Assembly (NCBI GenBank): GCA_031405455.1
Contig: JANNIY010000178.1
Location: 19,257 to 83,256 of the forward strand
Direction: 5' to 3'
Length of the DNA stretch: 64,000 bases
DNA from: Deltaproteobacteria bacterium
GTDB taxonomy: Bacteria; Myxococcota_A; UBA9160; SMWR01
The notes below the pieces were generated by a model that did not search any database, was not told where the DNA came from, and was given only the letters and a program-made list of their open reading frames with translations. Both the position numbers and the translations under genes were made by a program. Shown piece after piece: positions 26,630-36,812 of the stretch (position 1 is the first letter of the stretch; the number at the start of each line of letters is the position of its first letter).

Positions 26630-28105
26630 TCACTCGACCTCGTCGACCGCAGCGTGGAAGAGCGAGAGCTGCGGGGGTGTCTGCGCATCCTCGACCGGCA
26701 CCGGATAGTCGTCGGAGAAGCAGGCGTCACAGAATCCGCGCTTCAGGCGCCGCGCCGTCGCACGCAAGCCTTCGAGCGTGAGATAGCCGAGGGAATCGGC
26801 GCCGATGATCTGGCGGATCTCATCCGGCGTGTGCTGATGGGCGATCAGCTCCTCGCGCGTGGGCGTATCGATGCCGTAGTGGCAGGGGCCGATCGTCGGC
26901 GGCGACGAAATCCGCACGTGCACCTCGCGCGCGCCGGCGTTGCGCAGCAGGCTCACGAGCTTGACGAGCGTCGTGCCGCGCACGATCGAATCGTCGACGA
27001 GCGCCACGCGCTTGCCCTGAAGCATGCCCTTCACGGCGTTGTGCTTCACCTTCACGCCGAAATGGCGAATCGCCTGCGCGGGCTCGATGAACGTGCGCCG
27101 CACGTAATGATTCCGGATCATCGCCTGCTCGTACGGAATCCCGGATTCCTCGGCGAAGCCGAGCGCCGCGGTGTTGCCGGAATCGAGCACCGGCACCACG
27201 AGATCGGCGCTCACGGGGTGCTCGCGCGCGAGCGTGCGACCCAGCTCCTTGCGGTAGGCGTAGACGTTTTCGCCGTTCAGATTCGAATCCGGCCGGGCGA
27301 AATAGATGTACTCGAAAATACAGAAGGACTCGCGCGTCGGGTTTTTGAACGGGCGCAGCGTGCGCAGCCGGCCGCGCCGGATCACCACCATTTCGCCCGG
27401 CTCGACGTCGCGTTCGAAGGTCGCACCGATCAGGTCGAGCGCGCAGGTTTCGCTCGCCGCCACCCAGGCGCCGTCGAGGCGGCCGAGAGAAAGCGGCCGG
27501 AAACCGCTCGGATCGCGCGCCGCGATCAGCGCGTCGCTCGTGAGCGTCAACAGGCTGAAGGCGCCCTTCACGCGCGAAAGCGCGTCGATCAGGCGTTCTT
27601 CGGGCGTGTGCTCGCGCGAACGCGCCAGCAACTGCACGATCACCTCGCTGTCGGCGGTGGTGCTGAAAATCGCGCCGCGCCGCTCCAGCTCGCGGCGAAT
27701 CGCGAGCGCGTTGACGAGGTTGCCGTTGTGCGCGATCGCGACCGGGCCGGCGTCGGTGCTGGCGTAGAAGGGCTGCGCGTTGCGCGCAAAACTGCCGCCC
27801 GCCGTCGAGTAGCGCACATGGCCGATCGCGTGGCGCCCCGGCAGCCGCTTGAGAATCTCCTCGTTGAAGACGTCGGCGACGAGGCCCATGCCGCGGTGCA
27901 CGTGCTGTTCGTGCTGCGCGACCGACACGATGCCCGCGCTCTCCTGCCCGCGGTGCTGAAGCGCGTAGAGACCGAGATAGGTGATGTGCGCGGCTTCGGC
28001 GTGGCCGTGGACGCCGAAGACGCCGCACTCGTCATGGAAGCGATCACGTTCCCGCAGCGCGAGCAGTTCCCGCTGCTGGGTTGCGTCGAGCACGGGGTCC
28101 GTCAC
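26630..28105 (-). CDS. purF: amidophosphoribosyltransferase
   Basis: ECGVFGV...[17 protein letters not shown] loop [16 protein letters not shown] 28105 overlaps the purL TGA (GTGA). The rest of the 774-aa ORF is an upstream shadow. Confidence 0.93.
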   Translation of the reverse strand: MTDPVLDATQQRELLALRERDRFHDECGVFGVHGHAEAAHITYLGLYALQHRGQESAGIVSVAQHEQHVHRGMGLVADVFNEEILKRLPGRHAIGHVRYSTAGGSFARNAQPFYASTDAGPVAIAHNGNLVNALAIRRELERRGAIFSTTADSEVIVQLLARSREHTPEERLIDALSRVKGAFSLLTLTSDALIAARDPSGFRPLSLGRLDGAWVAASETCALDLIGATFERDVEPGEMVVIRRGRLRTLRPFKNPTRESFCIFEYIYFARPDSNLNGENVYAYRKELGRTLAREHPVSADLVVPVLDSGNTAALGFAEESGIPYEQAMIRNHYVRRTFIEPAQAIRHFGVKVKHNAVKGMLQGKRVALVDDSIVRGTTLVKLVSLLRNAGAREVHVRISSPPTIGPCHYGIDTPTREELIAHQHTPDEIRQIIGADSLGYLTLEGLRATARRLKRGFCDACFSDDYPVPVEDAQTPPQLSLFHAAVDEVE

Positions 28106-30351
28106 GCGGCCTCCAGCCGTCGCGGCAGGGCCCGCGACCAGATCGTGTGAAGATCCGCGAGCGCTGCGTCGATCCAGGCCGCGCCCTGCACCGGGCCGAT
28201 GCGCAGACGCGCGCCGCCCGTCGTGCCGATGCGGACCGCGGGAACTCCCGCAGCGCGCGCCTCTGCGAGCAGCGCTTCCGGCTGCGTGCTCGTCACGATC
28301 ACGCGGCCCGTCGATTCGCCGAAGAGCAGCGCATCGGGCCGAATCGAATCCGCAAGCTGGATCTCGGCGCCCATCCGCGTGGGTCCGGCCATCGCGCAGC
28401 GCGCGAGCGCCACCGCGAGCCCGCCGCGCGCCGCGTCGTGCGCGCTCGCGATCCGCCCCCCCGCGATCGCCGCATGCAGCAGCTCCGCGAGGCGGCGCTC
28501 GTGGGCGAGATCCACCGTCGGCGGATGCCCCACTTCGAGCCCGCGCCGCAGCGCGAGCCACTCCGAGCCGCCGAGTTCTTCGCGCGTACGACCCAGCAGC
28601 AGGATTGCGCGCTGCGGCTCGGAAAAATGCGACGTGGCGTGACGCTCCCACGGCTCGAGCAACCCCACCACGGCGATCGTCGGCGTGGGGTGGATCGCGC
28701 GGCCGGAGGTCTCGTTGTAGAACGAGACGTTTCCCGACACCACGGGCGTCCCAAGCGCGAGTGCGGCTTCCGCGAGCCCGCGCGTCGCCTCGGCGAACTC
28801 CCACATGATCTCGGGCTTCTCGGGGTTGCCGAAATTCAAGCAGTTGGTGAGCGCGAGCGGACGCGCGCCCGTGCAGGCGACGTTGCGCGCCGCTTCGGCC
28901 ACGGCCGCCAGGGTGCCGGTGTAGGGATCGAGCCAACACCAGAGCGGGTTGCAATCGACGGCGAGCGCGAGGGCCTTCTGTGTGGGTGTTCCGTCTTCGA
29001 GCTTCACGCGCACGAGCGCGGCGTCGCCGCCGGGGCCGAGCACGGTATTGCCCTGCACCAGCTGGTCATACTGGCGATAGATCCACGCCTTCGACCCGAG
29101 ATTCGGCAGATCGAGCAGCGCCGCGAGCGCGCCGGGAAGATCCGATTCCGGAGCGATGCTCGCGAGATCGAGTTTCTGGCGCTCGCGCAGATCCGCCGGC
29201 TCGCGCACGGGACGATCGAGCTCGGGGGAACTCTTCGCGATCGGATCCACCGGGATGTCGACGACAACGGCGCCGTGGAAGCGGATTCGCATGCGGCCGT
29301 CGTCCGTGACGTGACCCACCACGACGGCCTCGAGCCCCCAGCGGTGAAAGATCTCTGCGAGCCGGGCTTCTTCGCCCTTATGTGCCACCAGCAGCATGCG
29401 CTCCTGGCTCTCCGAGAGCAGCAGCTCGTACGGGGTCATGTCGGACTCGCGCTGCGGCACGCGATCGAGATCGAGCTCGATGCCCGTGCCGGCGTTGCTC
29501 GCCATCTCGAAGGAGGAGCAGGTGAGCCCCGCCGCGCCCATGTCCTGGATGCCGACGATCCAATTCGTCGCCATCGCCTCGAGACAGGCCTCGATCAGAC
29601 ACTTCTCCGTGAAAGGATCGCCCACCTGGACGGTCGGGCGCTTGGCCTCGCTGCCTTCGCCAAACTCGGCGGAGGCGAGCAGGCTCGCGCCGTGGATGCC
29701 ATCGCGCCCGGTCTTGCTGCCGACGTAGAGCACGGGATTTCCGATGCCCGCAGCCTTCGCGAGAAACAGCCCTTCTTCGCGCACGAGACCGAGGTTGAAG
29801 GCGTTCACGATGATGTTGCCGCGGTAACACTCATGAAAGCTGGTTTCGCCACCGACGGTGGCAACGCCCACCGAGTTTCCATAGCCGCCGATCCCTGCGA
29901 CGACGCCGTGCACGAGGTAGCGGTGCTTCGGATCCTCGAGCGGGCCGAAGCGCAGCGAATCGAGCGAAGCGATCGGCCGCGCGCCCATCGTGAAAATATC
30001 CCGCAGGATGCCGCCGACACCGGTCGCCGCGCCCTGGCGGGGTTCGATGAACGAGGGATGGTTGTGGCTCTCGATCTTGAAGACGACGGCGAGTCCGTCG
30101 CCGATCGAGACGCAGCCCGCGTTCTCGCCGGGTCCCTGCAGCACATGCGCGCCCTGCGAAGGCAGCCGTCGCAGATATTTCTTGCTCGACTTGTAGGAGC
30201 AGTGCTCCGACCACATCACCGAGAAGATCCCGAGTTCCGGATAGCTCGGCACGCGGCCCAGGATCGAAAGCACGCTCTGCCATTCCTCCGGCGTGAGCCC
30301 GTGCGCGAGCGCGAGCGCGAGATCGACCTGCGGGTCGGGGGCGCGCGTCAC
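28102..30351 (-). CDS. purL: phosphoribosylformylglycinamidine synthase subunit PurL
   Basis: [36 protein letters not shown] and related motifs. GTG 30351 overlaps the purQ TGA. Confidence 0.95.
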   Translation of the reverse strand: MTRAPDPQVDLALALAHGLTPEEWQSVLSILGRVPSYPELGIFSVMWSEHCSYKSSKKYLRRLPSQGAHVLQGPGENAGCVSIGDGLAVVFKIESHNHPSFIEPRQGAATGVGGILRDIFTMGARPIASLDSLRFGPLEDPKHRYLVHGVVAGIGGYGNSVGVATVGGETSFHECYRGNIIVNAFNLGLVREEGLFLAKAAGIGNPVLYVGSKTGRDGIHGASLLASAEFGEGSEAKRPTVQVGDPFTEKCLIEACLEAMATNWIVGIQDMGAAGLTCSSFEMASNAGTGIELDLDRVPQRESDMTPYELLLSESQERMLLVAHKGEEARLAEIFHRWGLEAVVVGHVTDDGRMRIRFHGAVVVDIPVDPIAKSSPELDRPVREPADLRERQKLDLASIAPESDLPGALAALLDLPNLGSKAWIYRQYDQLVQGNTVLGPGGDAALVRVKLEDGTPTQKALALAVDCNPLWCWLDPYTGTLAAVAEAARNVACTGARPLALTNCLNFGNPEKPEIMWEFAEATRGLAEAALALGTPVVSGNVSFYNETSGRAIHPTPTIAVVGLLEPWERHATSHFSEPQRAILLLGRTREELGGSEWLALRRGLEVGHPPTVDLAHERRLAELLHAAIAGGRIASAHDAARGGLAVALARCAMAGPTRMGAEIQLADSIRPDALLFGESTGRVIVTSTQPEALLAEARAAGVPAVRIGTTGGARLRIGPVQGAAWIDAALADLHTIWSRALPRRLEAA

Positions 30352-31079
30352 GAGCGCTCCCCGCGGCGAAGACCCGCAGCCACGAGCGAACCGAGCAACA
30401 CGAGGCCATCGGTGCCGCCGATCGCGGGCTCGACCGCATGCTCGGGGTGCGGCATCAGGCCCATCACGTTGCCGCGCAGATTGCGGACGCCCGCGATGTT
30501 GGCGCAGGCGCCGTTCGGGTTTGCGGCGGGCGTCACGCGGCCATCGGGCTCGCAGTAGCGCAGCACGATCTGGCCGGTTCGTTCGAGTTCGGCCAGCTGC
30601 TCGGGCGGCACGCAGTAGGCGCCTTCTCCGTGTTTGATCGGTAGCCGCAACACCTGGCCAGGCCGCGCGCGCGAGGTGAAGACCGGCGCCGGATTCTCGA
30701 CGCGCACGTGCACGAAATCGCAAACGAAGTGCAGGTGATGGTTGCGCACGAGCACGCCCGGAAGGAGCCCCGACTCGCACAGCACCTGGAAACCGTTGCA
30801 GATGCCGAGCACGGGACCGCCGCTCTCGGCGAAACGTTTGACCGCGGCCAGGATCGGCGAGTACTTCGCCATCGCCCCGCAGCGCAGATAATCGCCGTAC
30901 GAGAACCCGCCCGGGAGCAGCACCGCCTGCGTGTCGGCCGGCAACTCGGCGCGCTGATGCCAGACGAGCTCCGACGCGACACCCAGCACGCTCTTCATCG
31001 CAAAGCGAGCGTCGCGATCATCATTCGAGCCCGGGAACTGCACCACCGCGAACACGTGGGGGCTGAACCTCCGGGGCAC
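30348..31079 (-). CDS. purQ: phosphoribosylformylglycinamidine synthase subunit PurQ
   Basis: [35 protein letters not shown] (triad glutamine amidotransferase). Confidence 0.93.
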   Translation of the reverse strand: MPRRFSPHVFAVVQFPGSNDDRDARFAMKSVLGVASELVWHQRAELPADTQAVLLPGGFSYGDYLRCGAMAKYSPILAAVKRFAESGGPVLGICNGFQVLCESGLLPGVLVRNHHLHFVCDFVHVRVENPAPVFTSRARPGQVLRLPIKHGEGAYCVPPEQLAELERTGQIVLRYCEPDGRVTPAANPNGACANIAGVRNLRGNVMGLMPHPEHAVEPAIGGTDGLVLLGSLVAAGLRRGERS

Positions 31080-31133
31080 CGGCGGGGCGCCTGGCGCCCG
31101 CGGAATTGCACTGTCTCGAACGGGAACGCCCGA

Positions 31134-31162
31134 AGTCTACCTGCGACGCCCTGCGGGAACAA
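31134..31162 (-). promoter_or_regulatory. candidate sigma70-type promoter for purQ
   Basis: Minus strand TTGTTC (31162-31157), 17-nt spacer, TAGACT (31139-31134). About 55 nt upstream of the purQ GTG. Confidence 0.3.
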
Positions 31163-31180
31163 GCGCGGACCTCGACGCGG

Positions 31181-31209
31181 TTGACTGGCCTGCGAGCCGC
31201 AGGTTAAAT
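31181..31209 (+). promoter_or_regulatory. candidate sigma70-type promoter for purC
   Basis: TTGACT (31181-31186), 17-nt spacer, TTAAAT (31204-31209). About 49 nt upstream of the purC ATG. Confidence 0.4.
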
Positions 31210-31257
31210 AGCCGCGAAGGGCTCCGTCTCCGACGGAGAGGAGCTTTGGGGGGTCCG

Positions 31258-32220
31258 ATGGGCATCGATCTGGGCATTTTGCGCGAGCAGTGCGAGCACA
31301 CGCTGGCGAGCACCGATTTCAAGGGGCTCGGCACGCGCAGCGAGGGCAAGGTCCGGGACAGCTACATCGACGGGAAACGGCGTTTCATCGTCGTCACGGA
31401 CCGCGTGAGCTGTTTCGACCGGGTCGTCGGCACCCTGCCCTTCAAGGGTCAGGTGCTGAACCAGATCGCGGCTTTCTGGTTCGAACGCACGCGTGCGATC
31501 GCTCCCAACCACCTGCTCGAGACGCCGGACCCGAACGTTTCGATCGTGCGCGAGTGCCGGCCCCTGCCCGTCGAGTTCGTTTATCGGGGCTACCTGACCG
31601 GCTCGACCTCGACTTCGATCTGGACGGCCTATGCACGCGGCGAGCGCGTCTATTGCGGGCACCGGCTTCCGGACGGCCTGCGACGCCACGAGGCGCTGCC
31701 CGAGCCGATCCTCACGCCGACGACGAAGGCGCCGCAGGGCGAGCACGACGAGCTCACCTCGCGGGCGGAAATTCTCGCGAGCGGAACGATCTCGGAAGCC
31801 GTTTATTCCGAGTGCGAGCGCATCACCGCGAGCCTGTTCGCCGAAGGCACCCGCTTCGCCGCCAGCCGCGGCCTGATCCTCGTCGATACCAAATACGAAC
31901 TCGGCCTCGACGAAGCCGGGGACGTCGTCGTGATCGACGAGATCCACACGCCGGACTCCTCGCGCTACTGGTATCGCGAGGCGCACGTGCGCGCGCTGCA
32001 GGCCGGCCGCGATCCCGAAGCCCTCGACAAGGAATACGTTCGGCGCTGGCTCGCCGAAAACGGTTACCGCGGCGAAGGCACGCCGCCGGAGATTCCCGTC
32101 GACGTGCGCTGCGAGGCGGCGCGCCGCTACATCGAGGCCTTCGAACAGGTGACGGGCCGCGCCTTCGAGCCCAGCTCCGAGCCCCCGCTCCCGCGCATCC
32201 GGCGCCGGCTCGGCATCTAG
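31258..32220 (+). CDS. purC: phosphoribosylaminoimidazole-succinocarboxamide synthase
   Basis: [42 protein letters not shown] (long-form PurC). GGAGAGGAG lies 14 nt upstream of ATG 31258; TTG 31246 is too close to the RBS. Confidence 0.93.
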   Translation: MGIDLGILREQCEHTLASTDFKGLGTRSEGKVRDSYIDGKRRFIVVTDRVSCFDRVVGTLPFKGQVLNQIAAFWFERTRAIAPNHLLETPDPNVSIVRECRPLPVEFVYRGYLTGSTSTSIWTAYARGERVYCGHRLPDGLRRHEALPEPILTPTTKAPQGEHDELTSRAEILASGTISEAVYSECERITASLFAEGTRFAASRGLILVDTKYELGLDEAGDVVVIDEIHTPDSSRYWYREAHVRALQAGRDPEALDKEYVRRWLAENGYRGEGTPPEIPVDVRCEAARRYIEAFEQVTGRAFEPSSEPPLPRIRRRLGI

Positions 32221-32221
32221 C

Positions 32222-33229
32222 TCACGCCGGGGCGCCCGCACCCGCAGCGAGCGACCGCGAGCGCAGGGGACGGCCAAGGGGCGCCACGATCGCACGCTCC
32301 CGCGTCACCTCGACGAGCCGCTCCGCCGCCCGCTCGAGCGCACCGAACTGCCGGTAGAGATCGAAGCCGTGCAGGCGCTGGAGCGTGACGCCGAGCTTCG
32401 ACGACAGATGCAACACGTTGCCGCCCGAATTCGCCTCGAGCACCGAAACCTCGCCAGATTCCGCGTCTCGAACCAGATCGAAGCCGAGATACGGATAATC
32501 CGGAAACGCCAGCCGGTGCGCACGTTCCGCCACGCGGATCACCTCGGCGTCATCGACCAGTGTATAGGTCGAGGTCTGGGCCGGTGCGATGATCTGGACG
32601 CCGCCAGCGCTCGCCGCGAAATCCCAGCGGCCCTCGAGCCGCCGCTTGCTGTGAGATTGCTCGGCGCGCCAGCAATAGAGCGCGCGTCCCAGAAACGTGC
32701 AGACCCGGTAGGAGACGGCCCACGGCCCGGTGTACACGAAGCGCTGGGCGATCAGGGGACCGCTGTGGATGGGATGCTCGCGCGGAAAGTCTTCCGGCGG
32801 CGCGAAGCGCACACGCGAGGTCTTGCGAATTCGGACCTCCCGGCCGCGTGCCGCCAGCGTCGGCTTGACGACGACGTAGGGCCCCCAGACGGCGGGGTCG
32901 AGAATCGTCCCAGGCTCGACGACGACGAAGTCCGGGACCGGAATACCGACAGCGCGCAGCTTCGCGAGTTCCTCGTGCTTGGCGAACTTCGCGCAATCGA
33001 GGACCCGGCCATGGGCCCAATGCCCCTTGCGCATCCGGCCGAACACGACGGTGAGCGTCGGGCGGAAGGCCTGCGGCAGGCGCTTCCACTGTGCGAGGCG
33101 GTGTCGGCTGGTGATGACGACGTCGATCTCGGGCGCCAGCCGCTGGACCCGCTCCGCCAGGCCTTCGAAGTCGCTCTGCGAAACGAGGCGATCCACGTAC
33201 TTCAGGAGAACCAGCTGCAGGCGCTTCAC
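32222..33229 (-). CDS. ATP-grasp fold protein (RimK-like / sugar-transfer-associated type)
   Basis: HEELAKLRAVGIPVPDF, PYVVVKP...GREV, C-terminal VSVLEANSGGN. Family assignment is tentative. Stop is 1 nt from the purC stop. Confidence 0.65.
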   Translation of the reverse strand: MKRLQLVLLKYVDRLVSQSDFEGLAERVQRLAPEIDVVITSRHRLAQWKRLPQAFRPTLTVVFGRMRKGHWAHGRVLDCAKFAKHEELAKLRAVGIPVPDFVVVEPGTILDPAVWGPYVVVKPTLAARGREVRIRKTSRVRFAPPEDFPREHPIHSGPLIAQRFVYTGPWAVSYRVCTFLGRALYCWRAEQSHSKRRLEGRWDFAASAGGVQIIAPAQTSTYTLVDDAEVIRVAERAHRLAFPDYPYLGFDLVRDAESGEVSVLEANSGGNVLHLSSKLGVTLQRLHGFDLYRQFGALERAAERLVEVTRERAIVAPLGRPLRSRSLAAGAGAPA

Positions 33230-33325
33230 GAAACCCTCGCCGCGTGCTTCCGCACGCCGCGGATCGCGCGCGCCATTCTGGCACAGGGCTGCAGGCCGCG
33301 GTGGGAATCGGGTGCGTGAGGCTCT

Positions 33326-33520
33326 TCAGTGGAGCCGATCGCGCCAGGCCCGGGAAAAGTCCTGCGCCGCCGCCGCGAGCGAGGCGTGATCGCTGCGCCG
33401 GGTGGGCTTGCCGCGGCGCTCCACTTCGACCACGTAGCGTTTGGGATCGCGCGTACTCGCGACGACCTTCACCGTTCTCCCCTTGGCGCGGAATCCGAAG
33501 CACAGCGGGCGCAAAGCCAT
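33326..33520 (-). CDS. small basic protein (64 aa), unknown function
   Basis: Consensus RBS AAGGAGG 5 nt upstream of ATG 33520. GC3 about 80% in frame. Sequence MALRPLCFGFRAKGRTVKVVASTRDPKRYVVEVERRGKPTRRSDH... Confidence 0.55.
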   Translation of the reverse strand: MALRPLCFGFRAKGRTVKVVASTRDPKRYVVEVERRGKPTRRSDHASLAAAAQDFSRAWRDRLH

Positions 33521-33811
33521 GGCAGCCTCCTTTGGGATCAGGCCCCAGCGGGCGCCCGTCCGATGCAGGAGGCGATCGGCAGGCAGGCGGGCTTTCTGTA
33601 GTGAATTCGAGGAGAGCGACGCGAAACCTGCCGGCTCCTGAGGGCCATCCAGCCGGCTGCGCCCGCGCTGGGGCGCGCGCCCCCCAGCAGTACGAGCGGC
33701 CAGGCTTGCAGCCGTATACTGGGCGCCCGAGGAGTGCGGATGGCGGCCGAAGGCTTTGGCAGATCGAAACCCCTCGCCCCCGTCGCAGGCAGGGCCTGAG
33801 GACACCATCCT

Positions 33812-35707
33812 GTGATTCTCTCACGCGCCCGCGCCGCTACGCTCGCAGGCCTCGGTGTGCTGCTCGCCGTGCTGGCCTTCGGGTCGGCGGTCCGGATCCA
33901 GACGGCGCTCGCGCTGCCCGCCTTCGCTGCCGGGAACCCGGACGGGCTCCTGAAGAGCGACACCGCACTGCTCTATTACATCACCACCCGCATCATCGAT
34001 GGCGGAGGGCTGCCGCCGGGCGATTTCCGCGCGGATCCGCGTGTCGAGCATCCGGAGACGACCGACCTGCCTGCCATGGAAACCGTCGGCGCGGAGTTCC
34101 TCGTCGCGTGGGCGCACCTGCTCAGCGGCGGGCGGCTGCCGCTGTACGTGCTCGCGACGATCGTGATGGGTGTCTTCGCGAGCCTCGCGGCGATCGGCGT
34201 CTACGGCCTCGCGTTCGAGCTCACGGGCCAGCTGCGCTGGGCGGTGTGCGCCGTCGTGCTCTTTGCGATCCTCCCCGCGAACTACCGCACCATCGGGTTC
34301 GTCCTGATCCGCGAGGACGGGAGTCTTCCCTTCTTTGCCCTGCATCTGTGGCTGCTGGCCCGCGCGCTGCGCATCCGCAGCGGCGCCTCGATCGCGCTGG
34401 CGGCCGTCGCGCTCGTGCTCGCGCTCTCGACGTGGCACGCCATGCGCTTCTTCGTGACGATCGAGATTGCCTGTGTCGTGGCCTGGTTTCTGCGCACCGG
34501 TCAGAACCCGCTGGCGGCCCGCCGCGCCTGGATCTTCCCGCTGATCCTCGCCCTCGGCGCAGTGTTGGTTCCGGTGCTGCACGCAAAATGGTTCGTGGTC
34601 TCGCTCTGCATGCAGATGCTGGCCGGGCTGTGGCTCGCGGCGGAAGTCGAGCGGCGCGCACCCTTCGGACCGAATGCGCGCCGGGGCATCGGAATCGCGG
34701 TCTGGCTCGCGTTCGTTGCGGGCGTTTCTGCGCTCGCGCGCGGCCTCGCGCCGCCGGACGATTTCGGCCACGTGATCGACTTCGCCTGGGACAAACTGCG
34801 ATTCCTGGGAGCGCTCCCCGAAGATCCGAACGTGCTCTCCTTCGGAACCCGGCTGCTCTGGCAGGGGCCCTTCGCGACGGTCTCGTTCTGGGGCACGCTC
34901 GGAACGCTCGTGGTTCCGGGAGTCCTGTTGCCCGTCGCACTGGCTCGCGCCGCGCCAGGCTGGCTGCGCGGAACCGGAGACGCTCGCGCGCAGGTGCTGC
35001 TGGCATTTTGCGGCGCGAGCATCGTCGCCCTGTTTCTCGTGCAACGCATGGTCGTGCTCGGCGGTCTCGTCGCGCCGGTCGCCGTTTGCCTCTTGCTGCG
35101 GGAGCTTCGGCCCGGATTTCCGACCGCCTGGGTGGTCGGCCTCGGCCTGGTCCAGTCGCTGAGCTTTGCCACCTACCTGCAGGATTACGGGACGCGGCTC
35201 GCGGGTTGGTACGCCCCCCAGCAACAGCTCGAGCTCGCGCGCACGGAGCACTGGATCCGCGAGAATCTTCCGGGGGATGCCGCGATCACAGCCGATTTCG
35301 TCAACTCGACCGGCATCCTCGTGCACAGCGGGAATCCGATCGTGCTCCAGCCGAAGTATGAAACGCGGCGGAGTCGCGACCGGATCGAGGCGTTTCTCGG
35401 CACGCTCTTTCACCAGCCGCTCGACGCCTTCGCACGTCTGCTGCGCGAACGCTTCGATTCTCGCTACCTGCTGATCGACATGAATCTGATCTGGGGCGCG
35501 CGCTATCAGGCCGGACTGCCACAGAGCGCCTGGCATCCCATCGAAGGCACTGCGGCGTTCGAGCTCCTCAACCCCAATCCCCGCGTCTACCGGCATGTGC
35601 CCGGCTTCAAGCTTCTGTACAAGAGCGACGACGACACCGCGCTCTGGCGACTCTATGAACTCGAGGCCGCGTCCGAGGTTCCAGCCTCGGCGCCTGCCAG
35701 CCCGTGA
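33812..35707 (+). CDS. large polytopic membrane protein, GT-C-like (STT3/DPY19/ArnT-like topology)
   Basis: 631 aa with more than 10 hydrophobic segments. First loop NPDGLLKSDTALLYYITTRI and a soluble C-terminal domain. GTG 33812 with GAGGA upstream. Family call is tentative. Confidence 0.6.
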   Translation: MILSRARAATLAGLGVLLAVLAFGSAVRIQTALALPAFAAGNPDGLLKSDTALLYYITTRIIDGGGLPPGDFRADPRVEHPETTDLPAMETVGAEFLVAWAHLLSGGRLPLYVLATIVMGVFASLAAIGVYGLAFELTGQLRWAVCAVVLFAILPANYRTIGFVLIREDGSLPFFALHLWLLARALRIRSGASIALAAVALVLALSTWHAMRFFVTIEIACVVAWFLRTGQNPLAARRAWIFPLILALGAVLVPVLHAKWFVVSLCMQMLAGLWLAAEVERRAPFGPNARRGIGIAVWLAFVAGVSALARGLAPPDDFGHVIDFAWDKLRFLGALPEDPNVLSFGTRLLWQGPFATVSFWGTLGTLVVPGVLLPVALARAAPGWLRGTGDARAQVLLAFCGASIVALFLVQRMVVLGGLVAPVAVCLLLRELRPGFPTAWVVGLGLVQSLSFATYLQDYGTRLAGWYAPQQQLELARTEHWIRENLPGDAAITADFVNSTGILVHSGNPIVLQPKYETRRSRDRIEAFLGTLFHQPLDAFARLLRERFDSRYLLIDMNLIWGARYQAGLPQSAWHPIEGTAAFELLNPNPRVYRHVPGFKLLYKSDDDTALWRLYELEAASEVPASAPASP

Positions 35708-35726
35708 GCCGGGAACGCGCGCAAGC

Positions 35727-36680
35727 TCAGCAGCCGGGCATCACGACCGGAGGCGCGCTGGGCGGCCCCGGCGTCACGCCGGGCGGCGGGCTTCCGCCGC
35801 CGCCACCCCCCGCGCCCCCACCCGAGCCACCGCCGAGGGTGGTGAGTCCGTAGACGCCGAACATGTTGGCGATCGAGAGCAGCCGATCGATGTTGAGCTG
35901 TGTGTCGGTTCGGGTGTAGGCCGTCGGCTTGAACGCGCGGTCGTGATACCAGAGCGAGAGCGGATTGAGTGCGTCCATGCTGCGCTCGGAGCCGGGAAGA
36001 TTCTGCGCCCAGGCCTGCGTCACGGCGCCCGTGACGTGCCCGGCGTCATCTGCCGCCTCGGGCGATGACGCGACACCGAGCGTGACCTGGAGCAGCGGAT
36101 TGATCACGGCATTGTTCGCCGCGCTCACGGCCGGAAGATCATCGACGCGCGGAAAGCGGACGCGGGCCGTCTCGCCCGCGACCGATGCGAGGTAGCGGCG
36201 ATCGTCGGCGGCCAGGCCCGTCGGCCCCGCTTCGTAGCGGATGCCCATTTGCCAATGGCGCCCGCGCCAGTCGACGTCCGCGACGCGAGCGTCGCTGAAG
36301 ACCGCCGTGCGGTCATCGAGACGCCCGCGCAACGTGCGATCCACGCGGCCGTCTGCGTTCGAGTCGTACAGGATCACGGGCACGAGGGATCCCCCGTGAC
36401 GCGCGACGTACGCCCACAGGTCGGCCCCGAGTTCGGCCGTCACCCGCGGTTCGCTCCCGCCGTGAACGACGATCGCTTCGAGGCCCCTGCCGAGATCGTT
36501 TTCGGCGTGGAAGTAGAGCTCGCCGTCCGGCGCCTTGTAGTGCACGGCCGGGTCGTAGCTTTCGCCGCGCGGATGGATCCACCAATCGCGCAGCAGCGCC
36601 GCGCCCCTGCCCGAGGCGACCACGGCGAATGCCAACACCGAGAGCAGCGTGACGACGATGAGCCGCTTTTTTGTCCTCAT
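35727..36680 (-). CDS. exported protein of unknown function with C-terminal Gly/Pro-rich tail
   Basis: ATG 36680 gives MRTKKRLIVVTLLSVLAFAVVASG (signal or anchor). Ends ...GGGSGGGAGGGGGGSPPPGVTPGPPSAPPVVMPGC*. Confidence 0.65.
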   Translation of the reverse strand: MRTKKRLIVVTLLSVLAFAVVASGRGAALLRDWWIHPRGESYDPAVHYKAPDGELYFHAENDLGRGLEAIVVHGGSEPRVTAELGADLWAYVARHGGSLVPVILYDSNADGRVDRTLRGRLDDRTAVFSDARVADVDWRGRHWQMGIRYEAGPTGLAADDRRYLASVAGETARVRFPRVDDLPAVSAANNAVINPLLQVTLGVASSPEAADDAGHVTGAVTQAWAQNLPGSERSMDALNPLSLWYHDRAFKPTAYTRTDTQLNIDRLLSIANMFGVYGLTTLGGGSGGGAGGGGGGSPPPGVTPGPPSAPPVVMPGC

Positions 36681-36812
36681 GCCGGAAATGTGGCGATTAC
36701 CACACGGATGTGTCAAACCACGCAAATCCGTGTCAGCGGGATGCAAATGACCGGCATGCGAGGGGCAACGAACCGGCAACGGGAAACGGACACGGGGGCA
36801 GGCTGCGGGGGA

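Noticed and set aside
28106-28954. N-terminal extensions of the track ORFs for purF (774 aa), purL (892 aa), purB (789 aa), rimP, rbfA, rpsO, dut, glgC and others.
   Set aside because: The extensions overlap the upstream gene in another frame and have Arg/Pro-rich junk composition. Each real start is marked by homology onset plus an RBS or a 4-nt stop/start overlap.
31181-31195. GACTGGC in the purC leader, reminiscent of the 5' core of the ZTP (pfl) riboswitch.
   Set aside because: It is better explained as the TTGACT -35 hexamer. The required downstream CCGCCUGGGC-type pseudoknot partner is absent, and the only similar string lies upstream, in the wrong order.
33326-33520. Reading the 64-aa protein as a graspetide or microviridin-type RiPP precursor.
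   Set aside because: It has no Thr/Ser-x-Lys...Asp/Glu core-like motif and no leader/core organisation. It is kept only as a generic candidate substrate or partner of the ATP-grasp enzyme.
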